The notes under the pieces are model-generated. The model searched no databases. It was not told the DNA's origin and saw only the letters and a program-made list of their open reading frames with translations. From a metagenome: a stretch of DNA of 32,000 bases. Where the stretch lies: the sequence record Ga0181570_10000307; one strand, given 5' to 3'. Shown here piece after piece: positions 8,556 through 17,287 of this stretch (positions are counted from its first letter, which is position 1; each line of letters starts with the position of its first letter). The position numbers were made by a program, and so were the translations under genes.

Positions 8556-11498
8556 ATGGGTGGTGGTGCGAGACGGCGAAGCGGTGGTAGCGTGTTCGCC
8601 GGACGAGGGGCGAAGACGGCCAAGGCGACCGCGGACATCGCGAGTCGAACGGCGGAGATCGTCAACGCGTCGGATCCGTTCGCGTTCGGGGCGAACGCCG
8701 GGGCGTTGTTCGATGATATCGACGGTGAAGTGCTCGCGGAGGATGGAAGCGACGAGGAGGAGCGGGAGGTTGAGCGGGAGAGGAAGAGTAAACTCGAGCG
8801 AGGGGTGAGCGTGTTCGAGCGGTTGCGCAGAGAAAAGGCGGAAGCCGAGCTCAAGGTTCGGGGCGAGGCTCGCGCGGCGGCGGCGGCGGCGGCGGCGGTG
8901 GTTGAGGATAAACCCGTGGTGTTGACCGAGGCTCAACCGTCATCGTCTCCTCGCGACGCGTTCGATGGTCCCGAGACCGACGAAGAAGAGGAAGCCGAAG
9001 ACCGAGACGACGTTCGTCTCGTCGAGCCAGAAAACGTGCGACCAGCCGAAGACTTGTTCGACGAAGTCGCTGGCCCGTCGCCGAACGGCAAACGAACGAC
9101 GCGCGAACCAATCACAATGTCTCGCGGGGCAAAGGTGTCCAAGCGTAGCAAGACAGAGACGTTGCATGCGGATCCGCCGGCGAATAGACGTCGCCGAGAA
9201 ACCAACGCCGCCGCAAGCACGCAGGAGAGGCAGACTGCCGTTCCGAAACCTAGCAAGAGCGCGGGTCAGAAGAAGACGATAGTGTCGCTGAAAGAGTTTG
9301 CAGGGGAGGATGACGACGACGCGAATGGAGTTTTGGGTGACGATGGGTTTGACGATTTGATGCCGCAGTCGGGTGCGCAACTCGCGGATATTGACGAAGC
9401 CAACTATGCCATGTCTGGATTAGTCGGCGTGCGTGACGTCAAGGAGAAGGTTAGAAGCGCGTGTAGCTTAGTGAACATGCTCGCCGATCAGCGAAAGAGA
9501 AGGCTCTTTGGCTCGTACGGTTTGCCTGTCAAACTAATTAGCGCCGCGCAAGACGCCGCGCTCGGTTCTCGTCCACCCAAGGCGCTGAAGTTCGCTTGCG
9601 CCGCCATCATGTACCTGGCGAGCATGGACTTGAAACCGCCGACAAACGATATTTTGCTCACAGCCAAGTCGGCGAACGCCATTCGATCCCTCTTGAGGGT
9701 TGTTCCTGGCGGCGCGTCGTCGACCGGAGACGCTTTACAGCATCTGGTGAAGGGTGAAAACGCCGTGAGAAACGCTTTGCGCTCGCTCAAATTCTTGCCT
9801 CACGAAGCCAAGGATGCGCAAACCTTAGCCTTACTCGTGGCTCATCACACTTTGAAACAAGAACAAGACGCGGTGCTCGCGTCCGGTAAAGGTCCAGGAT
9901 CGGTGGATGGCGAGCACACGTTTCGGTCCAAGATGACGCAGCAAGGCGCGCTCTTGGAGACGTGCAACCTCGTCCAAGACGCGGTGGAGACGCTCAATCG
10001 ATTCGGCGCGGCGTGTTTCGCACCAACCTCCAACATCGACGGGCAGTCGGAGGATGAGTGCGAGATCGATGAACTGACTGCCAAGGCGGCCAAGGTGACG
10101 GCGCGTCTCTTCCGATGTTCTCGAGTGCTCGAGTGCGCGAGCTTCGAATCGTCGGCTTCGTGCGACGTCATCGCCTCGTCCGGCCTGCGCGGCGGTATCC
10201 CGGGAGATTCCGCTCGAGTACAAGTTTCGAGCGATACCACGGCGGCGAACGGGCCTTCGTCCTTGCGACTCATGCCCGTCGAAACGGGCCGATTCATGGC
10301 GAGCCCCCCGCCGAAGGGCGCGGCCGTTCCGGTTGAGGAGGCGGCTTCTCCGTCGCCCGTCGCCAAGAGTCGCATTCGTGGAGGCATCACGATGACTCCT
10401 CCGAGCACGCCACCCGTGGCGTCCAAACACGCGGGCGGTGCTCAGGTCACCGCAAACGACGACGACGTCCTCTTGGTGAGCACCGGGGCGACGCCGATGT
10501 CGTCGCCCGTGCCCATCGGCTTGCTCAAATCGAACAAGGCGGAGGGCCTGGAAAATTCCATCCAGTGGCTCTCCGATAACGGATTCCAGGCGACGCCCGT
10601 CAAGGCGGGCGCGCGACGCAGTGGCAACGGTGCCGCGATCGGCGGGCGCACCGCGTGCCGGGCTCTCGTGCAGGCGCTTCCGACGTTGGCAGCGGCGGCG
10701 ACGGCAGCCATCGTGGGCGCGAAGAAGGGCGACGAAGTCTGCGGCGTTCGCATCGCCTACGACGGGGGCTTGGCCCTCGATCATCGCGTCGCGGTTGGTA
10801 CGCTCAAATCCGTGCTCAGCGTGCTCACGAATGTCACCAACGAAAACCTCGACGGTTGCCGTTCCATCGTGGGCGACGGCGCTACCGAGGAGGATGGATT
10901 ACTCGTCATCGCCTCGCTCGTGCCTTGGTTCGCGCTCTCGGTGGAGGGATACACCCTGCGCGACGCGGATGACGAGCGCACTCGAACGCCGACGAATGAT
11001 TCTGGTTCACAACTGCTCAACGCCGCGCTCGTCTTGCTCATCAACATGGTTGAGGCGGACGCTGTCGGTACGACGAAGAAGCTTCGAAGCGCTGTCGTCG
11101 GATTACCCGCGCAGCGGACGCAGACATCCTTCGTCGAGATGCTCGCCAAGTTGTTTTTACAAAGCGGCGGGGGCGGCGCGATGGAGGATCCGCCAGTGGA
11201 CGACGAAGACGGGAAATCGCAGCACGTCACGGCGGATATGATCAAGTCGTACACCGGAGACGACTCGGTTGGAAACGACGATCTCATCCTCCAGGCATAC
11301 ACGGGTCTCCTCTTGGCCTTTTTGATTGAAGACCACGCCGCGCTTCGCGCCGAAGTCGCGTCCATCTTTGGTGGACCGGCGCCTTTCCAGGCGCTCGCGG
11401 ATACCCTCGAACGATTCCACGCGTTCCACGAGAGTCTCAATAGCATTTCCGCGGCGTCAAGCGAGCGTCTCATCAAGGTTGTCAAGTGGTTGTGTTAG
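8556..11498 (+). CDS. WAPL: WAPL (wings apart-like) cohesin release factor homologue
   Basis: 980-aa ATG ORF with a disordered acidic/basic N-terminal half. The C-terminal half is collinear with WAPL-domain blocks as recalled from human WAPL: AAIMYLASMD (AALMYILSRD), LFRCSRVLE (AERCLRVLE), VLSVLTNVTNEN (IGVLLNLTNDN), LVLLINMVE (LGLLINLVE), LAKLFLQ (LVQLFLE), LILQAYTGLLLAFLIEDH (CIVASYTALLLGCLCQES). Confidence 0.8.
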   Translation: MGGGARRRSGGSVFAGRGAKTAKATADIASRTAEIVNASDPFAFGANAGALFDDIDGEVLAEDGSDEEEREVERERKSKLERGVSVFERLRREKAEAELKVRGEARAAAAAAAAVVEDKPVVLTEAQPSSSPRDAFDGPETDEEEEAEDRDDVRLVEPENVRPAEDLFDEVAGPSPNGKRTTREPITMSRGAKVSKRSKTETLHADPPANRRRRETNAAASTQERQTAVPKPSKSAGQKKTIVSLKEFAGEDDDDANGVLGDDGFDDLMPQSGAQLADIDEANYAMSGLVGVRDVKEKVRSACSLVNMLADQRKRRLFGSYGLPVKLISAAQDAALGSRPPKALKFACAAIMYLASMDLKPPTNDILLTAKSANAIRSLLRVVPGGASSTGDALQHLVKGENAVRNALRSLKFLPHEAKDAQTLALLVAHHTLKQEQDAVLASGKGPGSVDGEHTFRSKMTQQGALLETCNLVQDAVETLNRFGAACFAPTSNIDGQSEDECEIDELTAKAAKVTARLFRCSRVLECASFESSASCDVIASSGLRGGIPGDSARVQVSSDTTAANGPSSLRLMPVETGRFMASPPPKGAAVPVEEAASPSPVAKSRIRGGITMTPPSTPPVASKHAGGAQVTANDDDVLLVSTGATPMSSPVPIGLLKSNKAEGLENSIQWLSDNGFQATPVKAGARRSGNGAAIGGRTACRALVQALPTLAAAATAAIVGAKKGDEVCGVRIAYDGGLALDHRVAVGTLKSVLSVLTNVTNENLDGCRSIVGDGATEEDGLLVIASLVPWFALSVEGYTLRDADDERTRTPTNDSGSQLLNAALVLLINMVEADAVGTTKKLRSAVVGLPAQRTQTSFVEMLAKLFLQSGGGGAMEDPPVDDEDGKSQHVTADMIKSYTGDDSVGNDDLILQAYTGLLLAFLIEDHAALRAEVASIFGGPAPFQALADTLERFHAFHESLNSISAASSERLIKVVKWLC

Positions 11499-11958
11499 GC
11501 GCCCCGGTAAAACAAACAAACTGGCGGCGGTGTACTAGCTACTACTACTCTTAGGTAGTTTTTGCATTGTAAGAAACGTTACGGTACGACGGTACGAACG
11601 AACAAACTTCATCGACGTCGGCCGCTGGTGGCGCAAAGTCACCGACGTGTTCTTCGATGTACCCGATGTGTGCGCGGCGTTCGTCTCATCTAATCGCTCT
11701 CGCTTTCACGACGAGCCAGTTTTTTGTCGTCCCATCTCGGACACCGCCGCTCCCGCTTTCACAACGATGATGTTCTACGACGAGTACTCTATTCGAGAAC
11801 ATCCCAGCGTCGTCCGTCGCCTCGAATTGTCCGTCACATTTACCTAAACCCGTAAAGTACAAATGTACCCAAGTCGCAAAGGGTGTGACGACAATTCGAG
11901 GCGGCATATGCATAATCCGCGTTCTTCTACGTACTGTAGACGTAACATGGCTAAATAT

Positions 11959-12099
11959 GGCTTGGTAGCACAACGGTAGTGCGTCAGACTCCAGTACATC
12001 TGATGAGTCTCTCACAGAAACAAAGTGAGATTCCGAAATCCATACTTAAGGACGGATAGAGCTATCTGAAGGTTCGGGGTTCGAATCCCTGCCGGGTCA
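11959..12099 (+). tRNA. trnW-CCA: tRNA-Trp (anticodon CCA) with a 69-nt intron at the canonical 37/38 position
   Basis: Manual cloverleaf. Acceptor GGCTTGG/CCGGGTC (4 Watson-Crick plus 3 G-U pairs). D arm GCAC-AACGGTA-GTGC. Anticodon stem TCAGA/TCTGA. Loop CT-CCA-G[intron]A. Variable AGGTT. T arm CGGGG-TTCGAAT-CCCTG. Discriminator A. Exons 11959-11994 and 12064-12099; intron 11995-12063. A-box-like TAGCACAACGG and B box GGTTCGAATCC. The spliced sequence closely resembles vertebrate tRNA-Trp-CCA as recalled. Confidence 0.85.
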
Positions 12100-12110
12100 T
12101 ATAATAACTC

Positions 12111-12115
12111 TTTTT
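12111..12115 (+). terminator. Pol III terminator T-run downstream of tRNA-Trp
   Basis: TTTTT lies 12 nt after the discriminator base. Confidence 0.6.
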
Positions 12116-12883
12116 AGCCTATCAACGTTTTTTCTATCCAAACCTGATAAACTTTTTATATCGCATTATCACTCGTTAAGTACGCAATAATTTTTGTTCC
12201 AAGTACGACGACTCACGCACCGAGCCGAGTGAGGACGCTCGTCGTCCGCGCACTCTCTCGGGCCCTCCCGCGCTCGGCGCGTCACACTTCCGCACGGAAA
12301 ACACCCACCCCTTTTTGAAACTACCCCCTCGCGCGCGCCCCGTCGCACGCCGATACGTCAAGAGCCGGTCTTTTTACGCCCCGCTCACTCGCCGTCGCGT
12401 TCGTTCCAACAGAGGTACGCGCGTCGGTTCGCGCACGCGTTCGTTCGTCGCGTCATCTTGCGCGCGCGATATCCGCGACCGAAGTGAAATCGCGCTCGCG
12501 ATGCGTCTCACGCGTCGCGCGCGCGGGGTTCACCCGCGGGTCGGCGCGAAACTCGGTGGGGATGCGCGCGCGAAAATTGTATTCGTCGACCGCGAGACGT
12601 TCGACCCGCGGGGTGTCGTCGCGACGGACCGTTTGACAGGCAAAGACGGACGGACCCCGGGACGGCGTCCACGCACGAATCTTGCGGCCGCGTTGTTGGG
12701 TCTAACGCCTCCTGATCGTATGGGTAAACAGACAGACATACAGACATATGGATGGATGGATGTTTGTGAACGCGACGCGACGCGCTTGAGCGGTTTGACT
12801 GACGACCGACGGCTTGACGCTCTTCTTCGCGACAGGACGAATAAGAAAGAAAAAGAAGAACACACCACGAACGAAAAGTCAAG

Positions 12884-13090
12884 ATGCCGAGCAGTCAAGC
12901 TGTGTACGTGTCCATGTCCATTCTCGCGTTGACGGGTCTCGTCGGCACGGGCGTCGCCATCGGTAGCGGCGTCTCGATGATGACCATGTCCATGGCGGAA
13001 GAAGAAGCCAAGAAGACGGCTGTCGTTGCCTCTGTTAAGGAGTCCTCGGCGCGTGGCGTCTCTCGAGGTTTCGCCGCGAGCAACAACTAA
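12884..13090 (+). CDS. Candidate small single-pass membrane protein (68 aa), function unknown
   Basis: ATG in an A-rich context (aaaagtcaagATGc) with GC-rich third positions. One hydrophobic helix (VYVSMSILALTGLVGTGVAIGSGV) is followed by a charged tail. No family recognised, and it could be spurious. Confidence 0.35.
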   Translation: MPSSQAVYVSMSILALTGLVGTGVAIGSGVSMMTMSMAEEEAKKTAVVASVKESSARGVSRGFAASNN

Positions 13091-13442
13091 GCAAAGAGTT
13101 GTTTGACTCGCCGGCTCGAAGGAGATTCTTTCTTCCCTTTCCGCTCCTGTACAGAATACCGATACGAGCATCGACGAACTGATGTTTCGTACGAGACCGA
13201 TGACACTCACGCCCGACGACATGTACACACCGCATCATGACACGAATTTTGTTCCACCCCACCTCCATTTTCTTCCGATTGCTCTTTGAGAAGTTGGGAA
13301 ACGACGAGAGACATGTAATAAGAATCTGACTCTGACATTATAAAACAGACAATTCACGAAGTTGTTGAGAGAAAGAAAACAAGGCGAGATGCGCTAGCTC
13401 TGTGTTTTTCGACGACGTCCGCGCATGCGGACCGAGAAACGC

Positions 13443-15437
13443 CTACTTGATTTTCATGACATCGACGCGTGTGCGCGCGCTCACCTCGTGCGCGCCGCCT
13501 TCGGCGTCGGCTTTGGCGGGATGCACGACGACACGCGCAAGCGAACCGCTAATATCGCCACGCGCCAATCGACCCGGGTTGATGCACACAACCCTTGAAG
13601 AAGACAAAGTAGAAGGCTTGGACGGAACGTCCGTCGTCGCTTCGTCATGCTTGACTTCAACTTCTTCGACAAAGGATTTCAAATCTGACGGCGCGATGAG
13701 CACGTCTGGCGTGACGTCAAATCCGAGCGCTTCGCCGTGACGCGCGTCCAAACACGCCGACGGATCGGCCGGGTAGAGCGGGTACGCGTTCGCTTGACGC
13801 ACCAAGTGACTCGCCAAACGAGCCATGCGTTCCTTCGGCGCGTATCCCTTTGAGATTTCTTGCGCCGAAAGGTGCTTGAGCACGTCGTGCGTCACGACGG
13901 AGAAGACGACGCCGTTGACTGAAAACGTACCCGGATTGGATACGGAAAACACGCGGTTGGCTCGGATCGCTTCTGGGCTCACAAAGTGTTCGATACCCGG
14001 CGCCGGCTGCGGGAACACCGGATCCATGGTGACGTCGCGAAGAGACGGGACGAAGACCACCTTCGTGACGCACGACGCCGACTCCTCAAAGAGCTTTTCT
14101 TCAATCTTTTGCACCACCACTCTCGCCACCTGGTCGAGCGTCAAGCCGCCGCATTCGCCCTTCTTCACAAAGGAATTCTCGGAATCAACCAAAGGCCCGC
14201 ACAAGACGAGCGCGTCAGGTTTTTCGTCGCGCACGTAATCGAGCAAATCATTCAACGGTTCGTACTTCATGTCGCTCGCGCACGAAAACGGACCCGCGGC
14301 GACCACCACCTTGGCGCCTCGCGAAAACACAGGGGCATCCTTCGGAGACTCAGCCGGAGGTTTGCTCGACACATCTAGGATGGACTTGGCGACGAGACAG
14401 TGTCCAGCCGGGTTGCGCCCGCGAACGGCGACGATTTGACCCGGGAACAAGCTGTACTCTTTCAGCTCGCGAAGCTCGAGGCGAACGCGTGCGCCGTAAC
14501 TCCCCTCGACGGACCCCTCGAGCTCGACCGTCTTATCTGTGAGCTTGGCATCTCCGACGTGCGCACTCACGATGCGACCGACGAACGTGGCATCCTCGTC
14601 GCCAGTCTTGGACCCGACGGGCGAGACAGCGGTGGCCGCGCCTCGACCGTCTTCGCCGTCTGCGGCGTCCTCGCCAACGGCTTCGAATCGCATCTCCGCG
14701 GCGCGAATTCTCGCGTCAATCATGCGCACGCGATCGGAAATCTGATCGCGCATGTATCGAAACTTTTCATCCGCGACGCATTTCATCACCGTCACCACGG
14801 TGGGCGAGTCACCATCGGAAACACCTCCCCGAGCGCCGACGACGTCGCGATCCAAGTGGGCGTTGAGACACGCCGAAGCCGCTTCTCCGTCCGTCCCCGT
14901 CGACGTCGCGCTTCCGGGCGTCGCCACCCTCTTAGAGTACTCGCTCGCTCCAGTCGAACCACCGAGCTCATCCAACGCCTTGATCCATTGCCTTCTCGCC
15001 TTGAGCGGCGTCACCGCGCTCTGAGAATACGAAAGCCGCTCCCCGCCGCTCGACGCCGCGGCTGAGTAGCCGGGTGTCATCGACCCGCTTATCCTCGACG
15101 CACTCCCGGGCGTTCCAAACGTGCCCACACTGCCATTCTTCTTTCTCCTTTTCCCAAACTTTGATCCGGCGCTCGCGTTCGCCCTCTTTTCCGTCTCTTC
15201 CTTATACTCCCTCGCAAAGCTTCGAAAGTCCTCCACGTGTTCCACCGTCACCCGTTGGCGTTCCTCCACCTCCATCGTCTTCGTCAACCGCTCCATATCA
15301 AAGAGCCCCCACATTTGCGCCAACTCTGCGTGCGAGACGTCGAGATCCACCGCGACGCCCTCCAACGCGTCGCGCGCCACCGATCCATCCAGTTTGAAGG
15401 ATTCCTTCGCGAACGCATCCTGAAGAGAAGAAGCCAT
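13443..15437 (-). CDS. POLA2: DNA polymerase alpha subunit B (p70 regulatory subunit)
   Basis: Collinear Pol alpha/epsilon subunit-B phosphoesterase-like domain: VVVAAGPF......Y.PL.DLL.YV....PD.LVL.GP.VD, VVFVPS.RDV, NPGTFSVNGVVFSV...DVLKHL, YPLYP, PDVLI.PSDL..F, VCINPG.LA.G. The track start at 15500 is GTG. The first ATG is 15437 (MASSLQDAF..). Confidence 0.88.
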   Translation of the reverse strand: MASSLQDAFAKESFKLDGSVARDALEGVAVDLDVSHAELAQMWGLFDMERLTKTMEVEERQRVTVEHVEDFRSFAREYKEETEKRANASAGSKFGKRRKKNGSVGTFGTPGSASRISGSMTPGYSAAASSGGERLSYSQSAVTPLKARRQWIKALDELGGSTGASEYSKRVATPGSATSTGTDGEAASACLNAHLDRDVVGARGGVSDGDSPTVVTVMKCVADEKFRYMRDQISDRVRMIDARIRAAEMRFEAVGEDAADGEDGRGAATAVSPVGSKTGDEDATFVGRIVSAHVGDAKLTDKTVELEGSVEGSYGARVRLELRELKEYSLFPGQIVAVRGRNPAGHCLVAKSILDVSSKPPAESPKDAPVFSRGAKVVVAAGPFSCASDMKYEPLNDLLDYVRDEKPDALVLCGPLVDSENSFVKKGECGGLTLDQVARVVVQKIEEKLFEESASCVTKVVFVPSLRDVTMDPVFPQPAPGIEHFVSPEAIRANRVFSVSNPGTFSVNGVVFSVVTHDVLKHLSAQEISKGYAPKERMARLASHLVRQANAYPLYPADPSACLDARHGEALGFDVTPDVLIAPSDLKSFVEEVEVKHDEATTDVPSKPSTLSSSRVVCINPGRLARGDISGSLARVVVHPAKADAEGGAHEVSARTRVDVMKIK

Positions 15438-15807
15438 ATCGAGCGAACGATTGATTGCCTTTACCCGGTCCGATCGATCAATAAACACGCGCACGCGCAC
15501 TCGTGTTCACGCACTCTTCGTCGCACTCTTCGTCGTCGTCGTCGTCGTCGTCGTTCGGTTCGTCGGCGTCGGCGTCTGACTCGTCGCGTCGCGCGTTTGT
15601 CGTCACGTTTTTGAAATTTTTAAATTTTTTCCAAGTTCAAAGACAGCTCATTTTGGTACTGATCTGACTTATCCGTGTATAATATGAAGATAGTGTCGAA
15701 CTCGACTCGCGAGTCGGGCGCTCGAGCCGCGCGCGCTTTGATTTTTCATCGTGACGATGAGTGGTTCGTTTTATAAATGACAACAACGCGACGCGAATGC
15801 GCGTCTA

Positions 15808-17169
15808 CTACTTTGGCCCGTCTGGTTCACCGAGCGGGGTGCGGGCGGATGACGCGTCGGCGCACATGACGTCGTCGAAAATTTCGAGCGCGTTCAGAAA
15901 GGCTTGGTCCATGTTGAAGTACTTGTACGAAGCGAGACGGCCGACAAAGACGACGCCGGGCTCCTTAGAAGCCATGTCGCGGTACTTTTCGTAGAGTTCA
16001 CGGTTTGCCGGGTTTGGGACCGGGTAGTACGGTTCTCCGTGGTCGCACGAGTACTCTTTGAAGATGACGGTGCCGGCAGATGTGCGTGCAGCTTCGGGCT
16101 GGTTGGGTTTGTGCTTGTACTCGACGATTCTCGTGTGCTCCACCTCTGGTCCCGGGTAGTTGAGCTGGAGACAGGGTTGGTAAAACCCACCTTCCGGCTC
16201 GTGGTACTCTTCGAAAAACCGAAGGCTTCGGTATTCGAGCTTGGGTAAGCCCTGAGACGCGTAGTACGCGTCGATGGGTCCAGTGAAGACGACGAAACGT
16301 TTCGCCTTGGCCGAGAGCATCTCTCTGTGCTCGAAAAAGTCCGTGTTCAACCGCACGGTAATGTTCGGATCGCCCATGATCATGTTTTCGAATATTCTCG
16401 TGTACCCATCCTTCGGTAAGGCTTGATGAGGATCGCTAAAGTACCGATCATCCGTGTTGGTGCGCACCGGAATGCGCGCCAAGACGCTCGCGTCGAGTTC
16501 CTCTGGATACTTATCCCATTGCTTCTTCGTGTAATGCTTAAATATTGCGTCGTAAAGCTCTGGCCCTGCCCGCGTTAACGCGCTCTCCTCTCCGTTTTTC
16601 GGGTTTTCATTCACCGTTCGCCGCTCGTTCAACCACGCCTCGGTTTCGTCATCCGTCTTCAAATCCGCCCCGGGAAAGAGCGCGTTGATGGTATCTCTAT
16701 TCGGTGGAATGGGCACCACGGCGTATTCGCGTCCATCGTGTTCATACTTTTTACCACCCGTACCACCACCCTCGCGTCGTCGTTCGATCGCCCCTTTCAC
16801 CCTGTGTTCGTACGGCATCCACTCGCTAAACCTCTGCACGTACTCCCACACCCGCTCGTGTCGCGTGTGAAACAAGTGCACCCCGTATTGGCTCACCCTG
16901 AACCCTTTCCCGTTTATAAAGTCGTAACAGTTTCCCCCGATGTGATCGCGCTTGTCGACGATGAGCGATTTAAGCCCGAGCTCCCTCGACGCGCGCTCAG
17001 CGAAGACGCAACCGGATATACCGGCACCGACGATGACGAGATCGAAGTCTGTCGCGTCTCGCACGCGTGGGTCGTTTTCAACGCCGGCGAACCACGACGG
17101 GTCGTGGTCGTTCCCGCGACGGATGGAGACGTCCATCCCGGCCCATTCGTCTTCGGTGAAGGATGGCAT
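15808..17169 (-). CDS. glf: UDP-galactopyranose mutase (bacterial Glf type, FAD-dependent)
   Basis: Rossmann motif DLVIVGAGISGCVFA...LIVDKRDHIGGNCYD. Further blocks: YG.H.FHT, YTKKQW......EL.....ARIPVR...DDRYFSD, GPID.YY......LEYRSLRF, HTRIVEYKH, EPYYPV....N.ELY.KYR..A....V.FVGRLA.YKYFNMDQ. All are collinear with E. coli/Klebsiella Glf as recalled. The start is ambiguous. The ATG at 17169 (MPSFTEDEW) is preferred on codon bias. The upstream in-frame ATG at 17283 adds 38 aa. Confidence 0.88.
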   Translation of the reverse strand: MPSFTEDEWAGMDVSIRRGNDHDPSWFAGVENDPRVRDATDFDLVIVGAGISGCVFAERASRELGLKSLIVDKRDHIGGNCYDFINGKGFRVSQYGVHLFHTRHERVWEYVQRFSEWMPYEHRVKGAIERRREGGGTGGKKYEHDGREYAVVPIPPNRDTINALFPGADLKTDDETEAWLNERRTVNENPKNGEESALTRAGPELYDAIFKHYTKKQWDKYPEELDASVLARIPVRTNTDDRYFSDPHQALPKDGYTRIFENMIMGDPNITVRLNTDFFEHREMLSAKAKRFVVFTGPIDAYYASQGLPKLEYRSLRFFEEYHEPEGGFYQPCLQLNYPGPEVEHTRIVEYKHKPNQPEAARTSAGTVIFKEYSCDHGEPYYPVPNPANRELYEKYRDMASKEPGVVFVGRLASYKYFNMDQAFLNALEIFDDVMCADASSARTPLGEPDGPK

Positions 17170-17287
17170 CGTCGCTTCGGGTTCACGAACCCTCGGTGCG
17201 TCCGCGAGTGACGATTTCGTTTGGATTACCGGTAGTTGCGTTGTTACAAGCGCGAACGCGTACGTGATGTATGGTACATTCATTCGT

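Noticed and set aside
11686-12015. 109-aa minus-strand ORF overlapping tRNA-Trp
   Set aside because: It overlaps a well-formed tRNA gene, has low third-position GC compared with the real genes here, and shows no recognisable motifs.
12000-12021. Hammerhead-ribozyme-like core (CTGATGA ... GAAAC) inside the tRNA-Trp intron
   Set aside because: The 10 nt between CUGAUGA and GAAA (GUCUCUCACA) can form at most a 2-bp helix II with an extra unpaired A. I found no convincing helix I/III or UH cleavage site in register. The GAAAC lies in the loop of a different hairpin (TCTCAC/GTGAGA). This is most likely a chance match of two short motifs.
12315-13228. ORFs 12315-12932 (+) and 12530-13228 (-) in the long spacer
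   Set aside because: Their translations are Arg-rich and low-complexity, the two ORFs overlap each other antisense, the first uses a non-ATG start, and there is no domain signal.
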